From an uncultured Erysipelotrichaceae bacterium (GTDB lineage Bacteria > Bacillota_I > Bacilli_A > RF39 > UBA660), in NCBI GenBank assembly GCA_902795215.1, contig CADBKG010000010.1:139-64138 (forward strand): DNA of 64,000 nucleotides. The letters are read 5' to 3'. Positions 1 to 10,607 of this stretch are shown here, one piece after another. The notes beneath the pieces were generated by a model. It was given only the letters and a program-made list of their open reading frames with translations, was not told the origin of the DNA and made no database searches. Each line of letters starts with the position of its first letter. The stretch's first letter is position 1. The translations under genes were made by a program, and so were the position numbers.

Positions 1-11
1 AAATTCTTTAA

Positions 12-378
12 TGGTGGAGCCGAGGAGATTTGAACTCCTGTCCAAGATAGATTTGTAAATAACGTCTACAAGTTTAGTTAGAATTGTAGTTTTCGCCTTG
101 TTAATATGGGATCTAACACCCTTTAACAAAGTTATCCTTTAAAATTCATTTATTACCCAAGGAAAATAATAAATATAACTAAGTAAGATAAGTCCCTAGA
201 TTAAAGCCTTAGTAACCTTAAAAAGGAACGCACTCATGTCCTATACTAGGCAAAAGCAAGTGCATTAACGCTATATGCGTTAGATTTTTTGTCATTTAAT
301 TTTAATTTTGTCCGTTAAGATGGACTTCTACTTGCAGTTAAGTCAAATTGCTACCCTGTCGAAACCAAAAACGGCCCC
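12..378 (-). ncRNA. ssrA: tmRNA; tag reading frame (A)DKKSNAYSVNALAFA* at 293..246
   Basis: Minus strand starts GGGGCCGTTTTTGGTTTCGAC and ends GGAGTTCAAATCTCCTCGGCTCCACCA (tRNA-like ends). Internal tag ORF ends ALAFA-stop. Lies downstream of smpB. Confidence 0.97.
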
Positions 379-436
379 GAATTACTAGATAAATTTCTAG
401 TAAGGAAATTATCTCATAAATTCTTTTATTTATCAA

Positions 437-865
437 CTATAAATGATGTTTTAATGTACATTTATAATTATTTAATATTTCAACTACTTTTCTGTCTTCT
501 ATTTCTTTGTTTACAACATTTAACAAATCATGGAGCTCTGAAACACATTTAATGTTTTCTTTAACTTCAGGTAAATCAGGGTTTAAACCCATATTGGCAT
601 TCTCCGCTGATAAACTAAAAATATAACTAGATATTTGATATTTTAATACACTTAATCTTTCTTCTGTTAATGATCGGATATATTCAGGATTTTTGACAAT
701 TGTTTTTAGTGCATTTATTTCACCTTTTTTAAGTATTCTGTGCGCTGATTTCCAAATGCTTATTATTACATTGTCATTAATATCTTCTTTTATACTATTT
801 ATGAATTCTGCTCTAGAATCGTAATTCATATCTTTAAGTATAAAAATACTCTCTTTTAATTCCAT
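437..865 (-). CDS. hypothetical protein between smpB and ssrA
   Basis: 142-aa ORF with AAGGAG SD; no recognisable motif. Confidence 0.75.
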   Translation of the reverse strand: MELKESIFILKDMNYDSRAEFINSIKEDINDNVIISIWKSAHRILKKGEINALKTIVKNPEYIRSLTEERLSVLKYQISSYIFSLSAENANMGLNPDLPEVKENIKCVSELHDLLNVVNKEIEDRKVVEILNNYKCTLKHHL

Positions 866-920
866 AAAAAAACTCCTTTCAACAAGGAGTATATTAACAT
901 AAACTTAAAATTATTACAAC

Positions 921-1340
921 TTATTTGTTTAATCTTTCTAAATCTCTTTGTTTAATAGTTTCTCTTTTATCATATAATTTTTTACCTCTAGCAAGACCTA
1001 TTAATACTTTAGCTTTGTTATTTTTAAAATACAATTTTAAAGGAACTAATGTATATCCTTTTTCCTTCATTTTTGTATCTAACTTTTTGATTTCCTCTTT
1101 ATGTAGTAATAATTTTCTGTTTCTTCTTTCATCTTTATTAAAATACGTTCCATCTTTATATGGGGCAATATACATATTTATAATAAATGCTTCATTATTT
1201 CTAATTATTACATATGAATCATTGAAATTAGCACTACCATTTCTTATAGATTTTATTTCAGTGCCTGATAATGCTATTCCAGCTTCTATTTCTTTATCAA
1301 TAAAATAATTAAATCTAGCTTTCCTGTTTATTATTTCCAT
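921..1340 (-). CDS. smpB: SsrA-binding protein SmpB
   Basis: NRKARFNY..EAGIALSGTEIKSIR..RKLLLHK..GKKLYDKRE motifs; follows rnr. Confidence 0.98.
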   Translation of the reverse strand: MEIINRKARFNYFIDKEIEAGIALSGTEIKSIRNGSANFNDSYVIIRNNEAFIINMYIAPYKDGTYFNKDERRNRKLLLHKEEIKKLDTKMKEKGYTLVPLKLYFKNNKAKVLIGLARGKKLYDKRETIKQRDLERLNK

Positions 1341-3432
1341 CTTTTGTCTCCTCGATTAATTCAAAGTCGATAGTTTTGTTAGTTTTATTAGCGCTTTCAA
1401 CTCTGATTTTAACTTTATCACCGAGGCGATACATTTTTTTAGTTTTATCGCCTACAATAGCCATTATATCACTATTATAGTTATAGTAATCCCCTTTTAA
1501 TGTGCTTATATGAACAAGTCCTTCAACTAAATTATCAAGTTCTACAAACATACCAAAGTTTGTTAATCCTGATATTTTACCTTCATATTCTTCACCGATA
1601 TGTGCTTCCATATATTCAGCCATCTTCATATCATCAACTTCTCTTTCAGCTTCAACAGCTTTTTGTTCTCTTTCTGAAGATTGTTCAGCAATATCTATAA
1701 GTTTTTTCTCTAAAATATTTACACTTTCACCATCTATTTCGTGATTAAATAAATATTTTCTAAGTAGTCTATGAACTTCTAAATCTGGATATCTTCTTAT
1801 TGGACTTGTAAAGTGTGTATAACACTTGCTACCAAGGCCAAAATGTCCAATGTTTTCTTCTGTATATTTCGCTTTTTTCATACTTCTAAGAAGTTTAGTA
1901 GAAAGCATTTCAAATTCTGGTTTATCTTCTACTTGTTTAAGAATTTGTTGCATCTTTATTGGAGTAATTTCATTAAAATTACCTATTAAATTATAGCCAA
2001 GCAATGACATCAAATTCATAAACTCTTCTATTTTTTTAGGGTCTGGTTCATCATGAGTACGATATATAAATGGTAATTCCATATTACTTATTGCACCTGC
2101 GACTGTTTCATTCGCTGCAATCATGAATGCTTCAATTAGTTTTTCACCATCATCTTGTACTCTTCTTTGAATATCAATTGCCCTACCATTTTCATCACAA
2201 ATTATTTTGGCTTCATCAATATTAAAGTTTATATAACCTCGTGATTCCATTTTCTTTCTAAGTAATTTTGCAAGCTCATTCATTTTAATTAAAGTATCTT
2301 TAAAAGGCTCATATCCTTCTTCGACAATTCCTTCTTTTAAAAGTTTATTTACGCTTGTATAATTCATTTTCTTTTTAGACTTAATATATGATGGAAAAAT
2401 ATTATAATCTATAATCTTACCTTTACGATCTATTTCCATTTCACAACTTTCAGTAAGTCTAATAACATTTTCATTTAATGAACATATACCGTTAGACAAT
2501 TTATGAGGGAGCATAGGTATTACTGTATCTGCAAGATATGAACTTGTACCACGTGAGAGTGCATCTTCATTTAAAGCCATACCTTCTTGTACATAATGAC
2601 TAACATCTGCTATATGTACTCCAAGGATATAGTTTCCATTTTTTTCTTCTAAACTTATTGCATCATCGATATCCTTAGTATCTACACCATCTATAGTAAA
2701 TATTTCTTTTTCTGTTAAGTCTCTTCTTCCTTCTAATTCTTTTGGATTTACTTCTGTTTCAATTTCTTCAGCTTCTTGCATAGCTTTATCACTAAATTCA
2801 GGATAAATTTCGTGTTTGTAGGCAATTGTTAAAATATCTACTCCCGCATCATCTTTATGACCTATAATATTACTAACTCTTGCTAAATAATAGTTTTTAG
2901 TTTTTTCTTTAATTACATTAACAAGTACAACTGTTCCTTCTACGCAATTTTTTGCACTATTTGGTTCGATTTCTATAGTAATATTTCTTTTATCTTCTAG
3001 AAGCATAAAAGGCTTACCATGTATATATTTTATTTGGCCAACTAGGTTATTTAAATTTCTTTTTACAATTTTTAAAACTCTACCTTCAAGTTTAGGAGTT
3101 CTATTAGTTATTTCAACTATAACCATATCTCCATCGATAGCACCATTAAGCATATCTTTCTCAATATGAATATCATCCCCTGGCAAAAGCAAAAAACCAA
3201 ATCCCTTTGGATTTACATCTATTTCACCTATTTCTATATCTTGGCAGTTTTCAAATAAAATATATTTTTCTTTTTTAGTATAATAAAGTTCAAAATTTTG
3301 TACCATTTCATTAAGTATTTTTTGAACTTCATTTATCTCATTAGGATTTAAATTACCTAATTTAGAAACTAATTCTTCTGTACTTATGGCATTAAACTCT
3401 TTTTTTAATATTTCAAGTACTCTTTCTTTCAT
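1315..3432 (-). CDS. rnr: ribonuclease R
   Basis: FTIDG..DIDDAIS, HFTSPIRRYPDL, C-terminal S1 domain; secG-rnr-smpB synteny. Confidence 0.97.
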   Translation of the reverse strand: MKERVLEILKKEFNAISTEELVSKLGNLNPNEINEVQKILNEMVQNFELYYTKKEKYILFENCQDIEIGEIDVNPKGFGFLLLPGDDIHIEKDMLNGAIDGDMVIVEITNRTPKLEGRVLKIVKRNLNNLVGQIKYIHGKPFMLLEDKRNITIEIEPNSAKNCVEGTVVLVNVIKEKTKNYYLARVSNIIGHKDDAGVDILTIAYKHEIYPEFSDKAMQEAEEIETEVNPKELEGRRDLTEKEIFTIDGVDTKDIDDAISLEEKNGNYILGVHIADVSHYVQEGMALNEDALSRGTSSYLADTVIPMLPHKLSNGICSLNENVIRLTESCEMEIDRKGKIIDYNIFPSYIKSKKKMNYTSVNKLLKEGIVEEGYEPFKDTLIKMNELAKLLRKKMESRGYINFNIDEAKIICDENGRAIDIQRRVQDDGEKLIEAFMIAANETVAGAISNMELPFIYRTHDEPDPKKIEEFMNLMSLLGYNLIGNFNEITPIKMQQILKQVEDKPEFEMLSTKLLRSMKKAKYTEENIGHFGLGSKCYTHFTSPIRRYPDLEVHRLLRKYLFNHEIDGESVNILEKKLIDIAEQSSEREQKAVEAEREVDDMKMAEYMEAHIGEEYEGKISGLTNFGMFVELDNLVEGLVHISTLKGDYYNYNSDIMAIVGDKTKKMYRLGDKVKIRVESANKTNKTIDFELIEETKDGNNKQES

Positions 3433-3515
3433 AGTATCACACGCCTTTACTTTTCAACATATTAATTATACCTCATTTTATCAAAAAAAAATACACAAAA
3501 TTGTGTACTTATTTA

Positions 3516-3734
3516 TTAGGCTGTAAACATTATTAAAAATGCTAATATCATAAATGCCGCTCCACAGACTGCAGTAACTCTACTAATTAGTAGTTCTACT
3601 CCTCTTTCTTTTTGAGCTTGAAATAACTCTGCATTTCCACCTGTAATAATTTGCCCAGCATCGCTGGCTTTATTGCTTTGTAAAAGCACAAGTGCTATTA
3701 ATACTACTGATAATATAAGTAATGCTGTTTCCAT
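3516..3734 (-). CDS. secG: preprotein translocase subunit SecG
   Basis: LVLLQS..GG..LF...KERG and two TM helices; start set at ATG 3734 after GAGGTG SD. Confidence 0.93.
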   Translation of the reverse strand: METALLILSVVLIALVLLQSNKASDAGQIITGGNAELFQAQKERGVELLISRVTAVCGAAFMILAFLIMFTA

Positions 3735-3791
3735 ATAATTCACCTCTAGACAAGTATCATTGTAACATAAGTACTAATCAAATGCAAATAA

Positions 3792-4361
3792 TTATTGGTT
3801 ATTTAAATCATTTTTATCATCATTAATTCTAGGTGTAAGAGCTTTTCTTTCAGGAAGAACTCTTTCTACTTTAGGTTCATATTTAATAAATCTACTTGCT
3901 ATTAAACAACCAAGACCAAACAAAGCAAGTATAATCAACACTATTTTCTTTTTAAATAAAATAATTAACCATCCTAAATAACTGATTTTAGCAAAAACTC
4001 TACCAATAACCTTACTATTTTCTATAGGTTCTGAGTCTTTTGAACAAGTATTACATCTTGTAGTTATAGATATAGAATCTTTATACATTACATTACTAAT
4101 AACATATTTATCTTTATTATTTATATATAGAACCTTATCTCCCATATCATATTCTAAGTTTCTATTTATAATTGCAATGTCTCCCTTTTGAAAGTCTGTA
4201 ACCATGGATTTATCTTTAACTATAACAAACGTATAATTAAATATTTCAAAATTATCTTTAAGCATAATTTTCATTTCAACAAAGGCAATACCATAAAATA
4301 CTAGAAGCATGACAAGAATTGTAAGTAATACGTTACCAAGAGTATTTAATATTCTTCTCAT
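3792..4361 (-). CDS. SipW/Sec11-like signal peptidase homolog, apparently degenerate
   Basis: N-terminal TM, SM...KGD, VIGRV, C-terminal TM. The usual THRV and KGD.N boxes read ISNV and RCNTC. Confidence 0.6.
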   Translation of the reverse strand: MRRILNTLGNVLLTILVMLLVFYGIAFVEMKIMLKDNFEIFNYTFVIVKDKSMVTDFQKGDIAIINRNLEYDMGDKVLYINNKDKYVISNVMYKDSISITTRCNTCSKDSEPIENSKVIGRVFAKISYLGWLIILFKKKIVLIILALFGLGCLIASRFIKYEPKVERVLPERKALTPRINDDKNDLNNQ

Positions 4362-4365
4362 AATT

Positions 4366-5613
4366 TCACCTTAAATTACTTTTTCCTGTTAAATTATCCT
4401 CTATAAGCATTAATCTATTGTATTTTGCAATTCTTTCTCCTCTAGATAAAGAACCAGTTTTAATGAATCCCATATTTAAACCAACTGCTATATCAGAAAT
4501 TACATCATCAGTTGTTTCTCCACTTCTATGACTAATTATAGTTTTATATTTATTTAATTTAGCAAGTGTAATAGTATCATACATTTCGGAAACCGTTCCT
4601 ATTTGATTTGGTTTTATTAAGATAGTATTCCCTGCTTTTTTCATTATTCCTTCTTTTAAATGATCTTTATTTGTAACAAAGTAATCATCACCTACTAATA
4701 GCATTCTACTGCCAAGTAACTTAGTCATCTTACTAAATGATTCAAGATCTTTTTCTTCAAACGGATCTTCGATACTAACTATTGGATATTTTGAAACAAT
4801 ATATTTATAATAACTAAATAGTTCTTCTTTAGTCATTTTTGTATTATCAAGTTTATATGTTTTTGTTTTCTCATCATAAATAGAATTAGCAGCAACATCT
4901 AATGCTATGTATACATTTTTACCAGGTTCATATCCAGCTTTTTTAATAGCTTCTATTATTAAATCAAGAGCTTCTGTATTACTTACAAGTTTCGGAGCAT
5001 ATCCTCCTTCGTCACCTAGTCCAGTTGCAAAACCTTTTGATTTGAGAATATCATTTAATTTATGGAATATTTCTGCACCACATCTAATTCTTTCATGCAT
5101 AGATTTAACTACAGGAACTATCATAAATTCTTGAATATCAATACCATTGCCAGCATGCATACCACCATTTAATATATTCATCATAGCTATAGGCATACTA
5201 ATACTTCCATTACTTAGATATTCATATATTTCTTTGTTATGTATTTTAGCAAGCGCTTTTAAAACACATAAAGAAACTGATAACATTGCATTGGCACCTA
5301 AGTTTTCTTTATTTTTTGTTCCATCTAAATTTAACATTAGTGTGTCTATTTCTTTTTGACTTAAATTTTTACCAAGAATTTTAGGCTTGATTATTTCATT
5401 AACATTTGTAACTGCTCTTTTAACACCTTTACCATTATATCTAGATTTAACTCCATCTCTTAATTCTAGTGCTTCATTCGCTCCTGTAGATGCACCACTA
5501 GGAACACCTGCACTAACAACAAAACTTTCATCTATTTCCATTTCAGTATAAACTGTCGGATTTCCTCTAGAGTCTAATATTTCATGTGCGCATAGTCCTG
5601 TAATAGTTGCCAT
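4366..5613 (-). CDS. eno: enolase
   Basis: EILDSRGNPTV, VPSGASTG..EALELRD, GDEGG, KPNQIG, SHRSGET. Confidence 0.97.
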   Translation of the reverse strand: MATITGLCAHEILDSRGNPTVYTEMEIDESFVVSAGVPSGASTGANEALELRDGVKSRYNGKGVKRAVTNVNEIIKPKILGKNLSQKEIDTLMLNLDGTKNKENLGANAMLSVSLCVLKALAKIHNKEIYEYLSNGSISMPIAMMNILNGGMHAGNGIDIQEFMIVPVVKSMHERIRCGAEIFHKLNDILKSKGFATGLGDEGGYAPKLVSNTEALDLIIEAIKKAGYEPGKNVYIALDVAANSIYDEKTKTYKLDNTKMTKEELFSYYKYIVSKYPIVSIEDPFEEKDLESFSKMTKLLGSRMLLVGDDYFVTNKDHLKEGIMKKAGNTILIKPNQIGTVSEMYDTITLAKLNKYKTIISHRSGETTDDVISDIAVGLNMGFIKTGSLSRGERIAKYNRLMLIEDNLTGKSNLR

Positions 5614-5727
5614 ATATAATCACCCTTTATTCTAAATTAAATTATATAATATGATGAGTTATTTTTCAAGTGACATTTGATGATTTTTATGATATAATGA
5701 ACCCTTGAAAAGGAAGGGGCGATTTCT

Positions 5728-6948
5728 ATGGAATTAGTTGAACTAACAAATGAAGAATTTTCAAGTTATGCTAAAAACAATCCACTAAATAATTATATGC
5801 AATCTCTAAACTATGCAAAACTCGAAAAAGAACGTGGATATAGTTATGACTTTATTGGTTTAAAAGACAATGGTAAACTACTTGGGGCATCACTAATACT
5901 TACAAAATCAACACCTTTATTCAAATATGGTTATGCACCAAAAGGCTTTTTAATTAATTACTATGATGAAAATATAGTAAAAACCTTTAAAGAAAAAATA
6001 ATAGAATTTTATAAATCAAAAGATTTCGTATTTATAAAAATCAATCCAGAAATAGTAGTAGCTAAAATAGATAATAAAACTTACGAACTAGATACAAATC
6101 CTAATATTAAATTAAAAGAAGATTTAGAGGAAGCTGGATATAAAAAACTAAAAGACAATTTATATTTCGAATCGATATGTCCTAGATTTAATGCATATAT
6201 TAATTTAAAAAACACTAACTTTGCAAATTATAGCAAAGTAAATAGAAATAAATTAACAAATTCTAAAAGAAAAGGCTTATATTTAGAAAAAGGGACATTT
6301 GAAGAATTAGAAGAATTTTATAATATAATAGAAACTGATAAAGATATTGGGTATTACAAATATTTATTTGATTCATTTGAAAATAATGTGGATTTATTGC
6401 TTGTAAAAGTAGATTATGATAAATATATTCAAAACACTCAAAAAAGATATGATGATGAACAAAATAAAAATAGTTTATATAGTGAAATAATTCATAGAAG
6501 TCAAAATAAAGCTGACTTAAATAGAAAAATGGAAAGTGATGCTGTTCTTTGTATATTAAAAAATGAATTAATAGTTGCAACCAAGGGCTTAAAAGAAACA
6601 AATAATTCTATTGTCGCAGGGGCATTAATCGTAAAACATGGTAATAGAGCCCATATAATAGAAAATGGTTTTAATAGAAAATATAAATATAATCAGAACT
6701 ATTTCTTATATGATGCTATTATTAATTATTACAAAGATAATTATACTTTCTTAGATATAGGTGGCATAAGTGGTGACTTTAATAAAGATTCTCCTTATTA
6801 TGGATTAACTAGATTTAAATGTGGTTTTAATCCAGATATATATGAATACATTGGTGAATTTGATATTGTTATTAATGAAAAAAAATATAATAGATTACTT
6901 AAATCTGGTAAACTTGCCCAAGAACTAAACAAACGAGGAACTAAATAA
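5728..6948 (+). CDS. FemAB/MurM-family peptidoglycan interpeptide-bridge aminoacyltransferase
   Basis: F..Y...P..NYMQS, YAPKGF, FIKINP, GL.RFK.GF...EYIGEFD. Confidence 0.88.
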   Translation: MELVELTNEEFSSYAKNNPLNNYMQSLNYAKLEKERGYSYDFIGLKDNGKLLGASLILTKSTPLFKYGYAPKGFLINYYDENIVKTFKEKIIEFYKSKDFVFIKINPEIVVAKIDNKTYELDTNPNIKLKEDLEEAGYKKLKDNLYFESICPRFNAYINLKNTNFANYSKVNRNKLTNSKRKGLYLEKGTFEELEEFYNIIETDKDIGYYKYLFDSFENNVDLLLVKVDYDKYIQNTQKRYDDEQNKNSLYSEIIHRSQNKADLNRKMESDAVLCILKNELIVATKGLKETNNSIVAGALIVKHGNRAHIIENGFNRKYKYNQNYFLYDAIINYYKDNYTFLDIGGISGDFNKDSPYYGLTRFKCGFNPDIYEYIGEFDIVINEKKYNRLLKSGKLAQELNKRGTK

Positions 6949-6960
6949 TTCCTCGTTTTT
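6931..6960. terminator. bidirectional intrinsic terminator
   Basis: AAACGAGGAA...TTCCTCGTTT inverted repeat between convergent genes. Confidence 0.7.
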
Positions 6961-7483
6961 ATTTAAACTCTAATCCATATAAATTCTTAATATAAATATT
7001 GTAGTCTTTGTCATCAAAACACATAAATATTACTTTTATTTTATCATTATCAAACTCTCTTACTGATTCAATCGCTATGTTAGATGCTTCTTCTTTTGGG
7101 AATTTATAAAGACCCGTAGATATACAAGGAAAGGCTATAGAAAGAAATTCTAATCCAGCTTCTTTTCTATATTCCTCAGCAAGTTTTAAGCTGTTTATAT
7201 ATGCATTTTTAAGTAAAGTTTTTACTTTTTCATCTCCAGCTTTATATACAGGCCCAACAGTATGTATTATCTTTTTACATGGTAATTTATAACCATCCGT
7301 TATTTTAGCTTCACCAGTATTACATCCTCCAAGAGTTTTGCATTCTTCAAGTAGTTCTTTACCGGCTTTTCTATGTATCATTCCATCAACACCGCCACCA
7401 CCAAGCAATGTTTTATTCGCAGCATTTACTATAATATCTGCATTTATACTTGTTAAATCTCCTTTTAAAACTATCATCTCCAT
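6959..7483 (-). CDS. macro domain protein (O-acetyl-ADP-ribose deacetylase, YmdB-like)
   Basis: IVNAAN..LLGGGGVDG.IH, IHTVGP, AFPCISTG.Y.FP. Confidence 0.93.
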   Translation of the reverse strand: MEMIVLKGDLTSINADIIVNAANKTLLGGGGVDGMIHRKAGKELLEECKTLGGCNTGEAKITDGYKLPCKKIIHTVGPVYKAGDEKVKTLLKNAYINSLKLAEEYRKEAGLEFLSIAFPCISTGLYKFPKEEASNIAIESVREFDNDKIKVIFMCFDDKDYNIYIKNLYGLEFK

Positions 7484-7495
7484 AATATCACCTTC

Positions 7496-7783
7496 CTATT
7501 TTGTTGTATTTGAATAATAATCTCTTTCACTTATATTTTCAAGTACCCACTCTAGTTCACTGGCATCATCACTATCAGTAAATTCATCATCTAATACTTC
7601 ATTTATTATAAACATTAAATCTTTATAGTTAGAATATTTCTCATAATCTATATCATTTAATCTTAGTATTTCTATTTCTCTTTTAGTAAGAAGATAATTA
7701 CCTTTACCTACAAGCATATCACGGCTTAAGTCAAGATCTTTTAAAAAATCATCCAGTTCATATTTTTTACCATTAACTATCAT
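7496..7783 (-). CDS. hypothetical protein
   Basis: 95-aa acidic ORF abutting the stop of the upstream gene. Confidence 0.75.
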   Translation of the reverse strand: MIVNGKKYELDDFLKDLDLSRDMLVGKGNYLLTKREIEILRLNDIDYEKYSNYKDLMFIINEVLDDEFTDSDDASELEWVLENISERDYYSNTTK

Positions 7784-9006
7784 TATTTCCTCATATTTTC
7801 TATAGCTTTTATTAATGCTAGTTTACCATATTCATAAGTAAGTGACCCTTGCATATAAGCATTATATGGTTCTCTAATTGGACCATCTGCGCTTATTTCG
7901 ATACTTGAACCTTGTGTAAAACTTCCACTAGCCATAATTATTTTATCTTCATAACCTGGCATATCTGTTGGAACAGGCAAAGCATGAGCATCTATTGCAG
8001 AACCCATTTGAATGCCTTCAACAAATTTTATTAAATCTTTTTCATTTCCAAATGTAATCATATCAACTATATCTGCACGCTTTTCATCATATCTAGGATC
8101 AACTATGTATCCAAGTTCCTCAAGCGCTAAACTAGCAAGTATTGCAACTTTTAAACTAGAGCCAACTGCATTAGGTGCCATATATAATCCAAGAAGTATA
8201 TCTTTATTTATTCCAAGAGTAGGACCTACTTCTAATCCTTCACCTGGTAATGTTAATCTTTCACCAACTAAATTAATTAAATTCTCTTTTCCAGCGACAT
8301 ATGCCCCATTAGGAGCAATTCCTCCGCCTAAATTTTTAATAAGTGATCCAACAATTACATCCGCGCCTACCTCAAGTGGAGTTTTATCTTCAACAAATTC
8401 ACAATAACAGTTATCAACCATAATTATTACATCTTTACAAGCACTTCTAATCTCTTTTATTACACGTTCTAACTTTTCAACAGTTAAACTCTTTCTACTA
8501 GAATATCCCCTACTTCTTTGTATATGAACAAGCTTATATTTTTTAGAAGTTAAAGCTTCTTTAATTCTTTTTATATCAAAATCATCATTAACTAAATCTA
8601 TTTGTTCATAACTAATATTAAATGATGCAAGAGAACTAGGATTATTACTTATTCCAATAACTTCTTTTAATGTATCATATGGCTCACCACTTATACTAAG
8701 CATCGTATCTCCTGGCCTAAGTAGTGCAAAAAAAGTTACATTTAAAGCATGAGAACCAGAAATAAACTGATTTCTAACCACGCACTTTTCAGCGCCTAAA
8801 ATCCTTGCAAAAACTCTTTCAATTGCATCTCTACCTATATCATTATATCCATAACCAGTGGTACTAGCAAAATGACTTTCTGATATTTGTTCTTCATGCA
8901 TTGCATTAAGCACTTTTTCACTGTTAAAAAGCATCAAGTTATCAACAGTTTCAAACTCTTTTTTTAATCTTTTTTCTATATCAAATACAAACTTTCTTGC
9001 ATCCAT
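7783..9006 (-). CDS. methionine gamma-lyase family / aluminium-resistance protein (YnbB-like)
   Basis: TGYGYNDIGRD, IQRSRGY, VDNCY.EFVE, GSLIKN.GGG, SIE.SADGP; start at ATG 9006 after GGTGA. Confidence 0.9.
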   Translation of the reverse strand: MDARKFVFDIEKRLKKEFETVDNLMLFNSEKVLNAMHEEQISESHFASTTGYGYNDIGRDAIERVFARILGAEKCVVRNQFISGSHALNVTFFALLRPGDTMLSISGEPYDTLKEVIGISNNPSSLASFNISYEQIDLVNDDFDIKRIKEALTSKKYKLVHIQRSRGYSSRKSLTVEKLERVIKEIRSACKDVIIMVDNCYCEFVEDKTPLEVGADVIVGSLIKNLGGGIAPNGAYVAGKENLINLVGERLTLPGEGLEVGPTLGINKDILLGLYMAPNAVGSSLKVAILASLALEELGYIVDPRYDEKRADIVDMITFGNEKDLIKFVEGIQMGSAIDAHALPVPTDMPGYEDKIIMASGSFTQGSSIEISADGPIREPYNAYMQGSLTYEYGKLALIKAIENMRK

Positions 9007-9049
9007 ATAAATCACCAAAGGTATTATAACACAAAACTAAAAAAGAGGA

Positions 9050-10225
9050 TTATTTTTTCCTCTTTATAAGCATATAAACACATATTAGGGCTATACCAAT
9101 AAGTATTCCTCCAACTATTAATACCCATAATTTTAACTTGCTTCCAGTAATTGGTACTTTAATAGTCATCTTATCTATTTTTTCAGGAACGCTCTCTTTC
9201 TCTACAACAAGATTAATTCTATATATAACATGTCCTTCGTCAGTCGTAACTGTTACTTTAGCACTTCCTTCTTTTAATCCTATTAATTCTTTATTTTCAA
9301 TTTTAGCTATACTTTCATCTTCAATAGTATACTCTATCTCTTTATCTTCTGTATAGTAATCCAAGTAATTAACAAGATTTAATTTATTACCAACTTTTAC
9401 AGTTGATTCTTTATCAAAGTATACGGTTGTATTACTATATTCTGGTGACATAAGATCATATATATCGTAATTTAGTGTTGATAAATCAAACGATGATAAA
9501 TTTATTTTTTGAATTTCATTTCTATACTCCTCAAAATAATCAGAAGTAAAGTTTTTATACTTTAGTGAATCAAACGTTGAATTATATATTTTTATTTCAA
9601 TAGCTTCACCAAATTGAGGAAAATTTAGTAGTTTTCCTAATTGACTATTATATATTGATAGTGTTGCTCCTTCATTAAGTATTAATATATTTTTAAAATT
9701 CATATGTTCAATTTTCATATTTCCAATTGGCCCAAAGATTAAAAGATTATTAAGAGATATTTCATCTATTTCTAGCACATCGTTCAAATTTGTTTCTATA
9801 TTACTTGGCATATTAGATTCTCTATACTCAATTGCTAAAAGTTTAATATCAGAAGCAACAAGTTTTATTTTTTGGGGATTACAGATGGTAAGGCCTAATA
9901 CATTTAAATCATTTAAAGTTATATTATTTGAGTATGTTGTTATATAGCTATTAGATAGTTGATGATTATTTCCATTTACTGTTAGTGTTTTTATCATGTT
10001 TTTCTCTGAACCGATTGAAAAAGATAAATCTGAATAATTACTATTAATATTAATTATTATATCTTTATCACTTAAATTTGATATATTATTTATTTCGTTT
10101 TCAACATCATTTAGACTTGCATATTCACATCCACTTTCGCATACATTATATGTAAGTGTTTCAGCTTTTACAACAAAAGGTATAAATAAGAATAAACTAA
10201 GTAATAAACAAATATATTTTTTCAT
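9050..10225 (-). CDS. secreted, sortase-type cell-wall-anchored surface protein with Ig-like (Big_2) domain, paralog 1
   Basis: Start MKKYICLL at 10225 after AAGGAG; signal peptide (VKA/E); C-terminal VPITG + TM + KRKK. Confidence 0.8.
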   Translation of the reverse strand: MKKYICLLLSLFLFIPFVVKAETLTYNVCESGCEYASLNDVENEINNISNLSDKDIIININSNYSDLSFSIGSEKNMIKTLTVNGNNHQLSNSYITTYSNNITLNDLNVLGLTICNPQKIKLVASDIKLLAIEYRESNMPSNIETNLNDVLEIDEISLNNLLIFGPIGNMKIEHMNFKNILILNEGATLSIYNSQLGKLLNFPQFGEAIEIKIYNSTFDSLKYKNFTSDYFEEYRNEIQKINLSSFDLSTLNYDIYDLMSPEYSNTTVYFDKESTVKVGNKLNLVNYLDYYTEDKEIEYTIEDESIAKIENKELIGLKEGSAKVTVTTDEGHVIYRINLVVEKESVPEKIDKMTIKVPITGSKLKLWVLIVGGILIGIALICVYMLIKRKK

Positions 10226-10320
10226 AAAGCTCTCCTTTATTATAGTTAAATTATACATTATTTGTTTTGTTATAGTCAATAAATTGAGTGTAAAAACATA
10301 TAATATAATAATTAGTTGTA

Positions 10321-10349
10321 TAGACAATTTGTCAGTTTTATGGTAATAT
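10321..10349 (+). promoter_or_regulatory. sigma-A promoter of putative antitoxin sRNA
   Basis: TAGACA-17 nt-TAATAT with extended TG. Confidence 0.6.
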
Positions 10350-10355
10350 TAAATT

Positions 10356-10438
10356 ACAAAAAAGGAAGCACTTGAGGTCAGGTTGAGTGCTCACCTCAGT
10401 TTATGGTTGCACTCAATCTTGATGATTGAGTGCTTTTT
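10356..10438 (+). ncRNA. putative antisense antitoxin sRNA
   Basis: Promoter upstream, 5' hairpin AGCACTTGA/TTGAGTGCT, terminator GCACTCAATC-TTGAT-GATTGAGTGC-TTTTT; convergent to the peptide gene. Confidence 0.6.
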
Positions 10439-10478
10439 GCATGATGATTAATGTCAATATGTCCAAAACCGAAAATTA

Positions 10479-10556
10479 TCATTTATATTCTAATAGAATT
10501 AGCAATATGATGATAATGATCAGTGAAAGAATTAAAAAATCTTTCTTATTCATCAT
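10479..10556 (-). CDS. putative type I toxin peptide MMNKKDFLILSLIIIIILLILLEYK (25 aa; not in ORF track)
   Basis: Strong SD AAGGAGGTGG inside hairpin GCCTCC-ATCAA-GGAGGT; single hydrophobic helix; TGA TAA double stop. Confidence 0.75.
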   Translation of the reverse strand: MMNKKDFLILSLIIIIILLILLEYK

Positions 10557-10607
10557 ACCACCTCCTTGATGGAGGCAAGTACTCAAATTCTCAAGTGCTT
10601 CTTTTAT

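Noticed and set aside
10226..10327. N-terminal extension of ORF 9050..10327
   Set aside because: SD, signal peptide and the paralog all point to the start at 10225; the extension covers the promoter region
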